Source of the DNA: an uncultured Clostridia bacterium
GTDB taxonomy: Bacteria; Bacillota; Clostridia; Christensenellales; Borkfalkiaceae
Assembly: GCA_944363555.1 (NCBI GenBank)
Contig: CALVUL010000020.1
Location: 1 to 55,271 of the forward strand
DNA length: 55,271 nt
Direction: 5' to 3'
Position numbers and translations under genes: made by a program. The notes beneath the pieces are model-generated. The model was not told where the DNA came from and ran no database searches. It saw only the letters and a list, made by a program, of their open reading frames with translations. This document shows, piece by piece, positions 19,640-28,019 of the stretch. The first letter of the stretch is position 1. Every line of letters begins with the position of its first letter.

Positions 19640-21553
19640 TTAAGAGAGCTTATAGCCTGCAAGATACATCGTAAACGGATCGGAACCGTCTCCGCCGCCA
19701 CCGCCTTCCACGTGCGCCAACGTTACAACGTATATCCTCTCCATATTCTCCGCGACCATCTCTTCTTCGATCGCGCTCCACTTTTCCGGAGTGATGGAAA
19801 TTTCCGCAAATTTCTCGCCGGAAACTATACTTACATGAGCGACTTTATTGCCGACGTACGTTTTGTGATCGCCGTCCACGTTCCCGAGTTTGAATACCAA
19901 GGTAAGGGTTTTTCCTTCATCTATGAACGCTTTCACCATGTCCTTGTTCAGTTCGATGCGCGGATACGCGCCCTCACTATCCATGCGGAGCATGCTCGTT
20001 CCCCTGTACTCTTCCGATACGGGCGCCGTATACTCGTTTATGGCTTGAATCAGCTTTCCTTCTCCGTACCAGTCTTCCACGCTGTCGAACACCTCGTCCA
20101 GCACCTTAACGCTGCCTTTTACCGTGGAATCCTCATATCCTTCGATGGATTGCACGCACTCGAACGTATAGTCGCCGTATTCCGTAAAGGTATAACTTTC
20201 CGCGCCCTCGTCGGTAACGGGTTCGCCGTCCTTATATACGGTGAAGGATTTCAGCGTCGCGTTTGTACCGAGCAGGTCCGCCGCGGAAAGCGTTTCGCCT
20301 TTTTCGACGGTCATATCTTTCGCCGCGCCGCGCACGTTATCGAGATAATATTCCAAATTGGATTCACAAATTGCACCGTCGTTTAAAACACAGAACATTA
20401 AATCATTCCCCGAATCAACGATGGATTTTAAAATTTCGCCATCTACCGTGATCGTTACACCGGTTTTCGGTGCAAGATTTTCGTAGTAATTCTGGGTTCC
20501 GCCGTTGAGATACGATGACCAATAACCGTTATGCGCAAGCGAGCCGTTGTTGTAAAGATCGAAGGAAATCCCGCCGTACGCGTTGTAGAAATCGGTCAAT
20601 ACCGAATTTTTGATGATGATGTGCGGATAACCCGAGCCTTCCGCATTGCGGTACAGACCTTGTTTGCCGTCCGTACAGCCTGCCGCGAGGTTGCCGACTT
20701 TCAGATAATCCCATGCGCCGTCCTTAGAGGCGAACAGCGTTTTATCATAAATCGAGCCGACTTCTTCCTCTTCAAAACTATAGAACAGTTTTTTCACCGC
20801 GTTAACGGTAACGGCAACGCTGTCCGTTCTGCTGCCCAGCGCGGCGGTGATGTTCGCCGTGCCCGTGCCGACGGCGCGCACCACGCCGTTTTCATCCACC
20901 GTGGCGATTTCGTCGTTATCGGAAGAGAATTTTACAACAAGCCCTTCCGCGCCCTCTGCCGCAAGCGTTTTTTCATCGCCGACGTTCAGTGCAAAATCTT
21001 CCCCCAACGAGATCGCCGGAACCGCCTTATCCACGATGGAGGTATAGACGGGATCTTCCTGCCCTGCCGCCAGCGCCGCGCTGGCAACATACGCCACCGA
21101 ACGCGTTTGCGGATTGGAAACGTAGGTCTTTACCCCGTCCACCGCGTAATACGCCTTGGCGGTGAGCTTTGTAAGATACTGCGTACCGGGGATGTTGGTG
21201 AGCACCGCCTTGAAACACTTCACCGTTTCGGTGCTCTCTTCCGCCCATACGGTCTGCGGAATATCGAGGGGTTCAACATCTTCCCTGCCCGCGGGTACGA
21301 TCTCCGTGCCGAAGGTGATTTCGGCTTCGGGATTTGCTTCTTCAAGCCCGTCGATGAACGCCTGATCCACCTTGGTGATAAAGCGCAGCCCGCTCGGTTC
21401 TTCCAGCCGGATCTCCGCGCCCGTTTCCATGGCGAACGTGCCGGCGTTTTCCTGTGCCCTGACCGGCAGATTGACCGCCGCCAGAACGCCGAGGCTCACC
21501 GTCAGAGCCGCGGCAAACAACCCGTAAAATACATTCTTCAATCTTTTCGTCAT
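19640..21553 (-). CDS. Secreted Big_2 (Ig-like) protein carrying two CBM-like modules
   Basis: SPase-I signal MTKRLKNVFYGLFAAALTVSLGVLAAVNLPVRA-QE. Big_2 signature IATVDENGVVRAVGTGTANITAA. Start moved to ATG 21553; the 39-aa Arg/Gly-rich extension in the track is not credible. Confidence 0.7.
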   Translation of the reverse strand: MTKRLKNVFYGLFAAALTVSLGVLAAVNLPVRAQENAGTFAMETGAEIRLEEPSGLRFITKVDQAFIDGLEEANPEAEITFGTEIVPAGREDVEPLDIPQTVWAEESTETVKCFKAVLTNIPGTQYLTKLTAKAYYAVDGVKTYVSNPQTRSVAYVASAALAAGQEDPVYTSIVDKAVPAISLGEDFALNVGDEKTLAAEGAEGLVVKFSSDNDEIATVDENGVVRAVGTGTANITAALGSRTDSVAVTVNAVKKLFYSFEEEEVGSIYDKTLFASKDGAWDYLKVGNLAAGCTDGKQGLYRNAEGSGYPHIIIKNSVLTDFYNAYGGISFDLYNNGSLAHNGYWSSYLNGGTQNYYENLAPKTGVTITVDGEILKSIVDSGNDLMFCVLNDGAICESNLEYYLDNVRGAAKDMTVEKGETLSAADLLGTNATLKSFTVYKDGEPVTDEGAESYTFTEYGDYTFECVQSIEGYEDSTVKGSVKVLDEVFDSVEDWYGEGKLIQAINEYTAPVSEEYRGTSMLRMDSEGAYPRIELNKDMVKAFIDEGKTLTLVFKLGNVDGDHKTYVGNKVAHVSIVSGEKFAEISITPEKWSAIEEEMVAENMERIYVVTLAHVEGGGGGDGSDPFTMYLAGYKLS

Positions 21554-21555
21554 GA

Positions 21556-21684
21556 TCAGTTCCCCCATTCCTCCGGCCATTCGCCGAAGTCCTCGTCTGC
21601 CGTCGTCGCCACGGAGTTTAAAACCGCGTCGTTTGTGCCGAACAGCAGAATTTCCGCCGTCGGCTGCCAATACTTTTTCTTCAT
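21556..21684 (-). CDS. Unannotated 42-aa ORF: MKKKYWQPTAEILLFGTNDAVLNSVATTADEDFGEWPEEWGN
   Basis: Hand translation of the minus strand. ATG 21684 lies 6-7 nt after AAAGGAGGAG. The TGA at 21558-21556 ends 2 nt before the ATG of the next gene. It is too short for the supplied ORF track. Confidence 0.5.
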   Translation of the reverse strand: MKKKYWQPTAEILLFGTNDAVLNSVATTADEDFGEWPEEWGN

Positions 21685-21792
21685 TTTTCTCCTCCTTTAT
21701 TTTTTTCCCGCAGTGCGGGAGGATGCCGTGTTTTTAAACGGCTTTTTTTCCGCCCGCTTCCGCAGGCGGAAAAGGTTGCCGTTTCTGCCGTT

Positions 21793-24312
21793 TTACAGCG
21801 CGCCGCGCACGTTGTCGATATAATAGCGGAACGCCGCGTTTTCATAAGCGGGGGTGCCACCCTCGTTCATGATCTGGAACATCATATCCTCGCCGGAAGA
21901 CAGGATCGCCGCAAGCTGTTCGGCGGTCAGGCTGACTGTCGTCCGCGACGCGGGCGCAAGGCTCTGCCGCACGTATTCGCCACCCGCCTCGATATAACTG
22001 TCGTGCTGTTTCGCGCCGGCGTTATACACGTCGAAATGCATTTCGCCGCAGAAGTAGTAGAAATCGCGCACCACCGACCTTGCGACGACGAAGTAGGGAT
22101 ACCCGTCGTTCACGCCGTCGAAATTAAACGTAAGGCTCTGCGTTCCCTCGCTCGTGCCGGCAGCGTCCGTGGAGACGAGAACGCTCGTTTTCCTGCAGTC
22201 CCCGCCGAACAGACCGCCGCCGTAGGCGCTCCCCGCGGTCTCCTCTTCAAAGCCGTAGAAGGGGGTATAATCTTCGCGCACGACGAGTTTCGCCGTAAAC
22301 ACGCCCTCCGCATAGAACGCTTTATTCACGGTGAGCTGCGCCGTATATTCGCCCGCCGGCAGGGTGATCGCGCCGCCCTGCGCCGCGCCGGTTACTTCCG
22401 CGCCGTCCGCGCCGAAAATCTTCAGCGCGTATTCTTCTTCGAGCAGCCCGCCGAACACGTAGGCGAGGTCGAAGGCTTTATTTGCCGGCACGTTCACGTC
22501 GGTATACGCGCCGCGGAAATCGTCGAAGAGGAAGAACCCGTCCTCCGCCTTACCCGAAGCGGAATTGTCGTTGAACAGCACGATGTGCAGATCGTAAGCC
22601 GCCTCGACATAGGTTTGCAGTTCGTGGCTGTAAATAACGAGTTCCGCCGTCTGCCCCGCGCCGAGCACATAGCGGCGGAGCGCGCCGCGCGTGGGCGTTT
22701 CGATATAGAACTGGTGTTCGAACTGCCCGCCGTTATAGATCTTGAAGGTGAAATAATCGTAGTAATCGACAAACTGCGCGAGATAATCGATGTCGATGGC
22801 AAGCCCGGGCCAGCCGTTCGACGTTGTATAACTGCCGATGAGGGCGTTTTTCCCTTCGGGAGCGAAGGAAGAATCGCCGCGCTTGATCGTCGCGCCGTCC
22901 ATGCCGGCATACACGGAAAGATCCGTATCGCCTTCAAAGTTCTCGTTTAAGGACATCTGCCTGCCGCGCACGTCGAAATCGAAGGCGGCAAAGCCGTCCG
23001 CGCCGAAGAGCACGCGCACCTGATACGCGCCGGCTTTCTGCGGGATGAAGGAATCGGCGGCAACGCCGTCTTCCGTCTTCACGCCGTCGCAGTACACTTC
23101 AAAACCGGTGTAGGTCTTGCCGGCGAGTTTTTCTACGTTCTGATAAATCGGAGCGACGGCAATTTCGTCCCCCGTATAGGCGACGGCTGTATCGGCGAAC
23201 CTGCCGCTGATCTTTTCAAAGTACAGCGAAAGCATTTCGTTGTTGCCGTCCGCGGGGTCGTTCATCGTAACGAGGGTGATGTCGTTGCCCCTTTCCAGAC
23301 TCCACTGAATGCTTTCCGCGGTAAATTCGATCTCGCCTCTGCCGCCCGCGGGAATGGTGAACCGGCTGTACGCCGCGTTCTTGGTATATCCGCCGTTTTC
23401 GTCGAGTTCGCCCGCCGTCTGATAATAGATCTGGTGCGCGTGCGCGCCGGCGTTGTATACCGTCAGAAGAACTTTATCGTAGATTGCCGTATACGTTTCG
23501 AAGAATTCTGCGGAAAAGCGGATGTTCGGCCAGTAATTGCCGTTGGTGTTCGCCTGAATGGAAACGCTTTCCCCCTCGACGTGCGGCAGAAGAGTAACCT
23601 GTCCGTCGGGGCTGTAAATCAGCGAAGGATCGTATCCGGAAGAGAAATCTTCGACCACGTCCGTCAGCACCTCGGGATCCTTTTCGCCGTAAGCGAAGAG
23701 GATGGCGCTGTTGCCGCCCGTGTTGCCGAGGGCGTCCTCCGCCTCGATCTCGATGCGGTAGAACCCGATTTCTTCGGGCGTGAATTTGTTGGTTTCCGCG
23801 TTCACGCTTATTCCCGTTTCGCCGTTTTTATAATGGGCGGTGATGCGGGTTTCCGCAATGGGGGAATAATCCTGCACCACGTATTCGGGAAGATCGGCTT
23901 CCTCGCCCACCGGCACGCGCACGCTCGTTTCCCTGAAATAGACGGTCGGGGCGATGGTGTCGGTTACCTTGACGGTGGTCGTTACGCTGTGTTCCTCCCC
24001 CGCGACGGTGGCGGTGTAGGTGATCACGTACCCGTCGATGGAAGTTACCGGCAGCCTGCCGCGGGAAACTTCCACCACGCTGTCGCCCTGCTTCACGGTG
24101 TAGGCGGCGGGGTATTCCTTGCCCTCGCTGTCGACGGCGAGCACGTCCGGAATATAATACTCCGAACCGAGTTCCACCGTAACCTCGTCGATGACGGAAA
24201 ATTCTTTCAACGTGATCTTCCCGTCGTCGTTGCAGGCGGCGAGCCCCGCTGCGGCGGCGATCGCCGCGGCGACGCACAGCGCGATCAAAGCGCGCTTAGT
24301 CTGTTTTTTCAT
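21793..24312 (-). CDS. Surface lipoprotein: Ig-like (DUF5011-type) region plus three CBM-like modules
   Basis: Lipobox MKKQTKRALIALCVAAAIAAAAGLAAC. DTIAPTV-type Ig segment. Three modules each show the FE/FS start, an xVYN/IYN core, and a DNVRG / DDFRG / FEKISG end. No catalytic motif recognised. Confidence 0.7.
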   Translation of the reverse strand: MKKQTKRALIALCVAAAIAAAAGLAACNDDGKITLKEFSVIDEVTVELGSEYYIPDVLAVDSEGKEYPAAYTVKQGDSVVEVSRGRLPVTSIDGYVITYTATVAGEEHSVTTTVKVTDTIAPTVYFRETSVRVPVGEEADLPEYVVQDYSPIAETRITAHYKNGETGISVNAETNKFTPEEIGFYRIEIEAEDALGNTGGNSAILFAYGEKDPEVLTDVVEDFSSGYDPSLIYSPDGQVTLLPHVEGESVSIQANTNGNYWPNIRFSAEFFETYTAIYDKVLLTVYNAGAHAHQIYYQTAGELDENGGYTKNAAYSRFTIPAGGRGEIEFTAESIQWSLERGNDITLVTMNDPADGNNEMLSLYFEKISGRFADTAVAYTGDEIAVAPIYQNVEKLAGKTYTGFEVYCDGVKTEDGVAADSFIPQKAGAYQVRVLFGADGFAAFDFDVRGRQMSLNENFEGDTDLSVYAGMDGATIKRGDSSFAPEGKNALIGSYTTSNGWPGLAIDIDYLAQFVDYYDYFTFKIYNGGQFEHQFYIETPTRGALRRYVLGAGQTAELVIYSHELQTYVEAAYDLHIVLFNDNSASGKAEDGFFLFDDFRGAYTDVNVPANKAFDLAYVFGGLLEEEYALKIFGADGAEVTGAAQGGAITLPAGEYTAQLTVNKAFYAEGVFTAKLVVREDYTPFYGFEEETAGSAYGGGLFGGDCRKTSVLVSTDAAGTSEGTQSLTFNFDGVNDGYPYFVVARSVVRDFYYFCGEMHFDVYNAGAKQHDSYIEAGGEYVRQSLAPASRTTVSLTAEQLAAILSSGEDMMFQIMNEGGTPAYENAAFRYYIDNVRGAL

Positions 24313-24333
24313 CTTTTTTCCTCCTTTTTCTGT

Positions 24334-25557
24334 TTATGCATTCGCTTCAAAACGGAAATTGTCGTAATAATACACCCTGTCGTCCGCCGTGGAATCGCCG
24401 GGGAATTCGCCCCAGATGCAGGCGATGCCTTCGATGAGTTCGCACGCCGTGGGGGGCTGTTCCTCCCCCTCCTCGACTTTCGGCGGGGGGAGTTTCGCGT
24501 TGATGTCCGAAAGGGCTACCCGCACTTCCGTCCACTTGCCGGGCTCCGCGTAGAAGTTCATGGCGTACGTGCCGCGGTCCCCCGCGAAGAAATCGAGTTC
24601 TATGCGCATGGACACGGAAGAATCGTTATACACGTCGAACACGAAGGAATAACCTTCCTGATACTTTGCGAAATCCGCCGCCTTGACGAGTTTGTCGGAA
24701 AAGCGGAACATGATCCAGCTGTTATCCTGCGTGACGCCGTGCGGGCAGTACACTTTGAGCGAACGGCTGCCTTCGCTGGCGTAAATGGGGTCTTTGTTGA
24801 GGGAAAGCACCGCCTCGTAATCGGTGTACGGGCCGTAGCCGCTGGTGTAGGTGATGAATTCCTGATACTCCTTTTCAAAGGTGCAGAATTCGTTTTCTTC
24901 CAGCGCGATGTTCGCCGTCGGCAGCGCCTCTTCGGAATAGGCGATCTCGAAATTGTCGAGATAATAGTGTTTCGCCTCCTCTTCCATGACCGCCACGTTT
25001 TCGAAATAGATGCGGATCTCCCTTAAATCTTTCAGATTGTACACGAGGTCGAAATTTTCGGTGTCGTTGTTGTAGATGATCTTCGTCCACTTCCCCGCCG
25101 CCAGCGTGTATTTCAGGCGCGGCGTTTCCAGCGCGGCGGTCGCCGTGCCGTAGAAGAAACTCACTTCGATCTCTTTGTTTTCCTCGTTGGCGTTGAAGAT
25201 GTCGAACTGCACCTTTTTCACCGAGGAGAAATCCTTATACGCCTCGTTTACCTTCGACGGCTGCACGACGAGGTAGGGATCGGCGGAAGTCGCCAACCCG
25301 TATCCCGTGGGCGTGAGCGCCAGCGATTTTGCCCCCGTCCTGACGTACGCGGGGTCGTCGTTGAGAACGTATTTGCCGAAATATTCCCCGCCGGTGAGGC
25401 AGTTGAGTTCGTCCCACGATTCGAAATCGTGGAGCAGAAGATTGCCGTTTTCATCCAACGCCGAAGCGTTGTTTTCCGTTTCATCGCCCCTCTCGGCGCA
25501 CCCCGCAAGGGGGCAAAGCAGCACAAGGCACAATGCGAATATCAAAAGTTTTTTCAT
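24334..25557 (-). CDS. Surface lipoprotein made of two CBM-like modules
   Basis: Lipobox LLCPLAGC. Modules end in YYLDNFEIAY and YYYDNFRFEANA. Confidence 0.7.
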   Translation of the reverse strand: MKKLLIFALCLVLLCPLAGCAERGDETENNASALDENGNLLLHDFESWDELNCLTGGEYFGKYVLNDDPAYVRTGAKSLALTPTGYGLATSADPYLVVQPSKVNEAYKDFSSVKKVQFDIFNANEENKEIEVSFFYGTATAALETPRLKYTLAAGKWTKIIYNNDTENFDLVYNLKDLREIRIYFENVAVMEEEAKHYYLDNFEIAYSEEALPTANIALEENEFCTFEKEYQEFITYTSGYGPYTDYEAVLSLNKDPIYASEGSRSLKVYCPHGVTQDNSWIMFRFSDKLVKAADFAKYQEGYSFVFDVYNDSSVSMRIELDFFAGDRGTYAMNFYAEPGKWTEVRVALSDINAKLPPPKVEEGEEQPPTACELIEGIACIWGEFPGDSTADDRVYYYDNFRFEANA

Positions 25558-25564
25558 TTTCCAC

Positions 25565-27994
25565 CTATCCTTTCAACACGAAGTTGTCAAAGTACAGCGT
25601 TTTCGCCGATTCGTTCTTGCCGCCCGCGCGGAACACGATGCTTTCCACGCTGATATATTTTTCCCAATTGAACCCGTCGAAGGGAAGTTCGACAACCGTC
25701 TTTCCGGGCAGCAGCGTGCCTGCGTAGATCTGCATGAGCACGGCTTCGCCGCTCGTATCGACGAATGCGACAAGCGGGATGTTCGCGCCCGACGGGTTGT
25801 ACACTTCCACCGCCAGCGACTTCGCCGTTTTCAGCACGTCGAACGACGTGGTGAAGCGGAGTTCCGCCGTAACGTCCGTCGTCGCCGCGAAGTCCGCGCG
25901 GAGCGCATACCCTTCGTAACCGAACATCGACGCGTTCGCAAGGGTCAGCCTGTCGTTTTCCCCGGCGGTAAACAGGGAGAGATCGTTTTGCGTTTCCACG
26001 GGGTTGAAGATCATGCTCCTGCCGCCGAGATCGTGGGAGTACGTCGCGCTCTTGCCGTCCTTTTCCAGTTCCAGAACGAAACTGTTCTGCGCTTTATCGA
26101 GGGCCACGGTGTAAACGTATTCGTTGAGCGTGCCGTTTTCCGAAACGGGGGAAACCGCTTCCCCGTTGATCTTCACCGTAACGCCCTTTTCCGCCGCCAC
26201 GCCGAATTCCGCTTCGGTGCTGCGCTCTTCCACCTTCGTGATGTACGCGCCGAAGGTCTGGTTGATGACGCCGAGTTCCATCAGTTCTTCCCGCGCCGCG
26301 GCGAATACGGAGGGATCGTTCATCACCTCTTTTTTCACCTGCGCGTTGGAGTACAGTTTTTTATACAGCGTCTGTAAAATGCCGTCGGCGTCGTAGCCCT
26401 TCGCCGCATAGTTTTCTTCCAGTTCGTTGAGGATCTCGTACTCTTCCAGCCCGTCGCGGATGCTGTGCAGGCGGATGGACGCCACGGGACCGATGCCGTA
26501 CTTCGTGCCCGGGTAGAACAAATATCCGTCCCCGTTGTCGCCCGGGAAATGCATGGGCGACGCCGTATACGGGTCGATCCTGTTGTAAGTGCCGTCGTAA
26601 TCGATCCAGAAACAGGTATCCCAGTACAGGTTGCCGCTGGCGCCGTAATCTTTCTGCATCCAGCTTGCCACCCGCGAAGTGATGAGATAATCGTCCAGCT
26701 GATAGGTCGGGAACGGGTTGTTCGGCCCGATGCAACCGTACCACCAGTATTCCACGCCCGAATTTTCGTAAAATTCCTGCCGCGCGACCGAATTGAAATC
26801 GTCGAAGAGCGGCACCCAGTATTTCACCCCCTCGCCGTCGTTATACAGTTCGTCGGTATAGCGGTTGGTTACGATGTGCGGAAAATTGCGCACCGCATCG
26901 ATGATCTCCGCCCCCAGCGCGCCGGCATACGCCGAATCGCTTTCCATTTCCGCGGCGATCTCCTCTTTGGTGATCTCCACCTGATGGGAAATGCGCACCG
27001 CGCGGTCGACGGTGCCGGCCATAGTGGGCTCGTCGATGAGGGAGCCGAGGTATAAATACGCCTTGTCGAGATAATTCTTTTCGTCTTGCAGGGAAATTTC
27101 CGCCAAGGCGAAAATCGTGTCTTTGAACTTGTCGTAATCCATATCCGTATCCGCCGCGGACGTGTTGTACTTGATGGAGTACGGCACGGAATAGGAAGGC
27201 GTTTTATCGTAATATTCCCGAACCGACGCGAGGTAGTAGTTCGTATCCTCCACGAGGGTGGGCAGGTTGATCCCCGCAAGGCGGTAATCGAGCAGCAGAT
27301 CGTACGCCGCTTTATAGTGTTCGAGGGTGTCGTCGCCGGAGGCGTTCAGGAAGTGGCGGCTGATGGCGAAGGCGCTTTTGGCGGTGATGTCGTCCGTCAG
27401 CGTGTAATCGTAAACGGTTACGCTTGCCGCGATCTCGTAATCCTTATCGTCGCAATGCACCGTGAACGTGCCTTCGTATGTGCCCGCCGCCTGCTCTTTC
27501 GGGCAGTAGCAGGTGATCCAGATCCCCTGATTTTCCCCCGCCTTCACGGTGTTTTCGCCGTATTCTTCGGCGGTCTCCATCGGCAGAAGGGCGTCGGGAT
27601 ACCAGCCGAAACCGGTGGAAAAACCGTCCGACTGCTTGGTTACGTTGAGGTATTTCTGATTGTAAACGGAAAAGTTTTCCTTTTTAAGGGTTTTCCCTTC
27701 CGCGCTCGTGAGATCGCCGAGGGTAACCGAATAGGCGCTTATGTCCTTTTCCGGCGTCAGGATGATCTGCGCGCTTTCGTATTCGTTCCTCGTCATCGAA
27801 ACGCGGAACACGGGGTTGTTTTCGGCAACGTCATCCTCATCGCGGTTGCGGTTGATCCGGACGGTGCCGTCCGCCGCCCAGATCGCCACGTCGTTTTCGC
27901 CCCCGTTCTTGTTGTCGTTACAGGCGCCGAGCGAGAAGATCATCCCCGCGGCGAGACAGAGGGAAATTGTTTTGTAAAACAGTTTTTTCATCAC
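25565..27994 (-). CDS. DUF4091 / GH123-like glycosidase lipoprotein with a C-terminal CBM-like module
   Basis: Lipobox MIFSLGAC. Motifs LIDEPT, WWYGCI, GNLYWDTC and GDGYLFYPG are shared with 17261-19576. The C-terminal module ends LYFDNFVLKG. Confidence 0.65.
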   Translation of the reverse strand: MMKKLFYKTISLCLAAGMIFSLGACNDNKNGGENDVAIWAADGTVRINRNRDEDDVAENNPVFRVSMTRNEYESAQIILTPEKDISAYSVTLGDLTSAEGKTLKKENFSVYNQKYLNVTKQSDGFSTGFGWYPDALLPMETAEEYGENTVKAGENQGIWITCYCPKEQAAGTYEGTFTVHCDDKDYEIAASVTVYDYTLTDDITAKSAFAISRHFLNASGDDTLEHYKAAYDLLLDYRLAGINLPTLVEDTNYYLASVREYYDKTPSYSVPYSIKYNTSAADTDMDYDKFKDTIFALAEISLQDEKNYLDKAYLYLGSLIDEPTMAGTVDRAVRISHQVEITKEEIAAEMESDSAYAGALGAEIIDAVRNFPHIVTNRYTDELYNDGEGVKYWVPLFDDFNSVARQEFYENSGVEYWWYGCIGPNNPFPTYQLDDYLITSRVASWMQKDYGASGNLYWDTCFWIDYDGTYNRIDPYTASPMHFPGDNGDGYLFYPGTKYGIGPVASIRLHSIRDGLEEYEILNELEENYAAKGYDADGILQTLYKKLYSNAQVKKEVMNDPSVFAAAREELMELGVINQTFGAYITKVEERSTEAEFGVAAEKGVTVKINGEAVSPVSENGTLNEYVYTVALDKAQNSFVLELEKDGKSATYSHDLGGRSMIFNPVETQNDLSLFTAGENDRLTLANASMFGYEGYALRADFAATTDVTAELRFTTSFDVLKTAKSLAVEVYNPSGANIPLVAFVDTSGEAVLMQIYAGTLLPGKTVVELPFDGFNWEKYISVESIVFRAGGKNESAKTLYFDNFVLKG

Positions 27995-28019
27995 TTTCTC
28001 CTTTTATTTTATCCCGATT

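Noticed and set aside
21554-21670. N-terminal extensions offered by the ORF track. Affected genes: Big_2 protein to 21670, ddl to 39212, tsaE to 43195, tsaB to 42755, rimI to 42147, rsfS to 45003, acyltransferase from 2995, AraC from 34992, and the 47922 gene from 47868.
   Set aside because: The extensions are Arg/Gly-rich and overlap upstream genes or terminators. They precede internal ATG or TTG codons that have proper SD spacing and match the conserved N-termini of the respective families.
21556-21684. Interpretation of the 42-aa ORF as the precursor of a RiPP biosynthetic cluster.
   Set aside because: The peptide has no Cys, Ser or Thr-rich core. No radical-SAM, YcaO, lanthipeptide-synthetase, protease or export genes occur anywhere in the window. 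All neighbours are glycan-binding or glycan-degrading proteins. The ORF itself is retained as a finding without this label.
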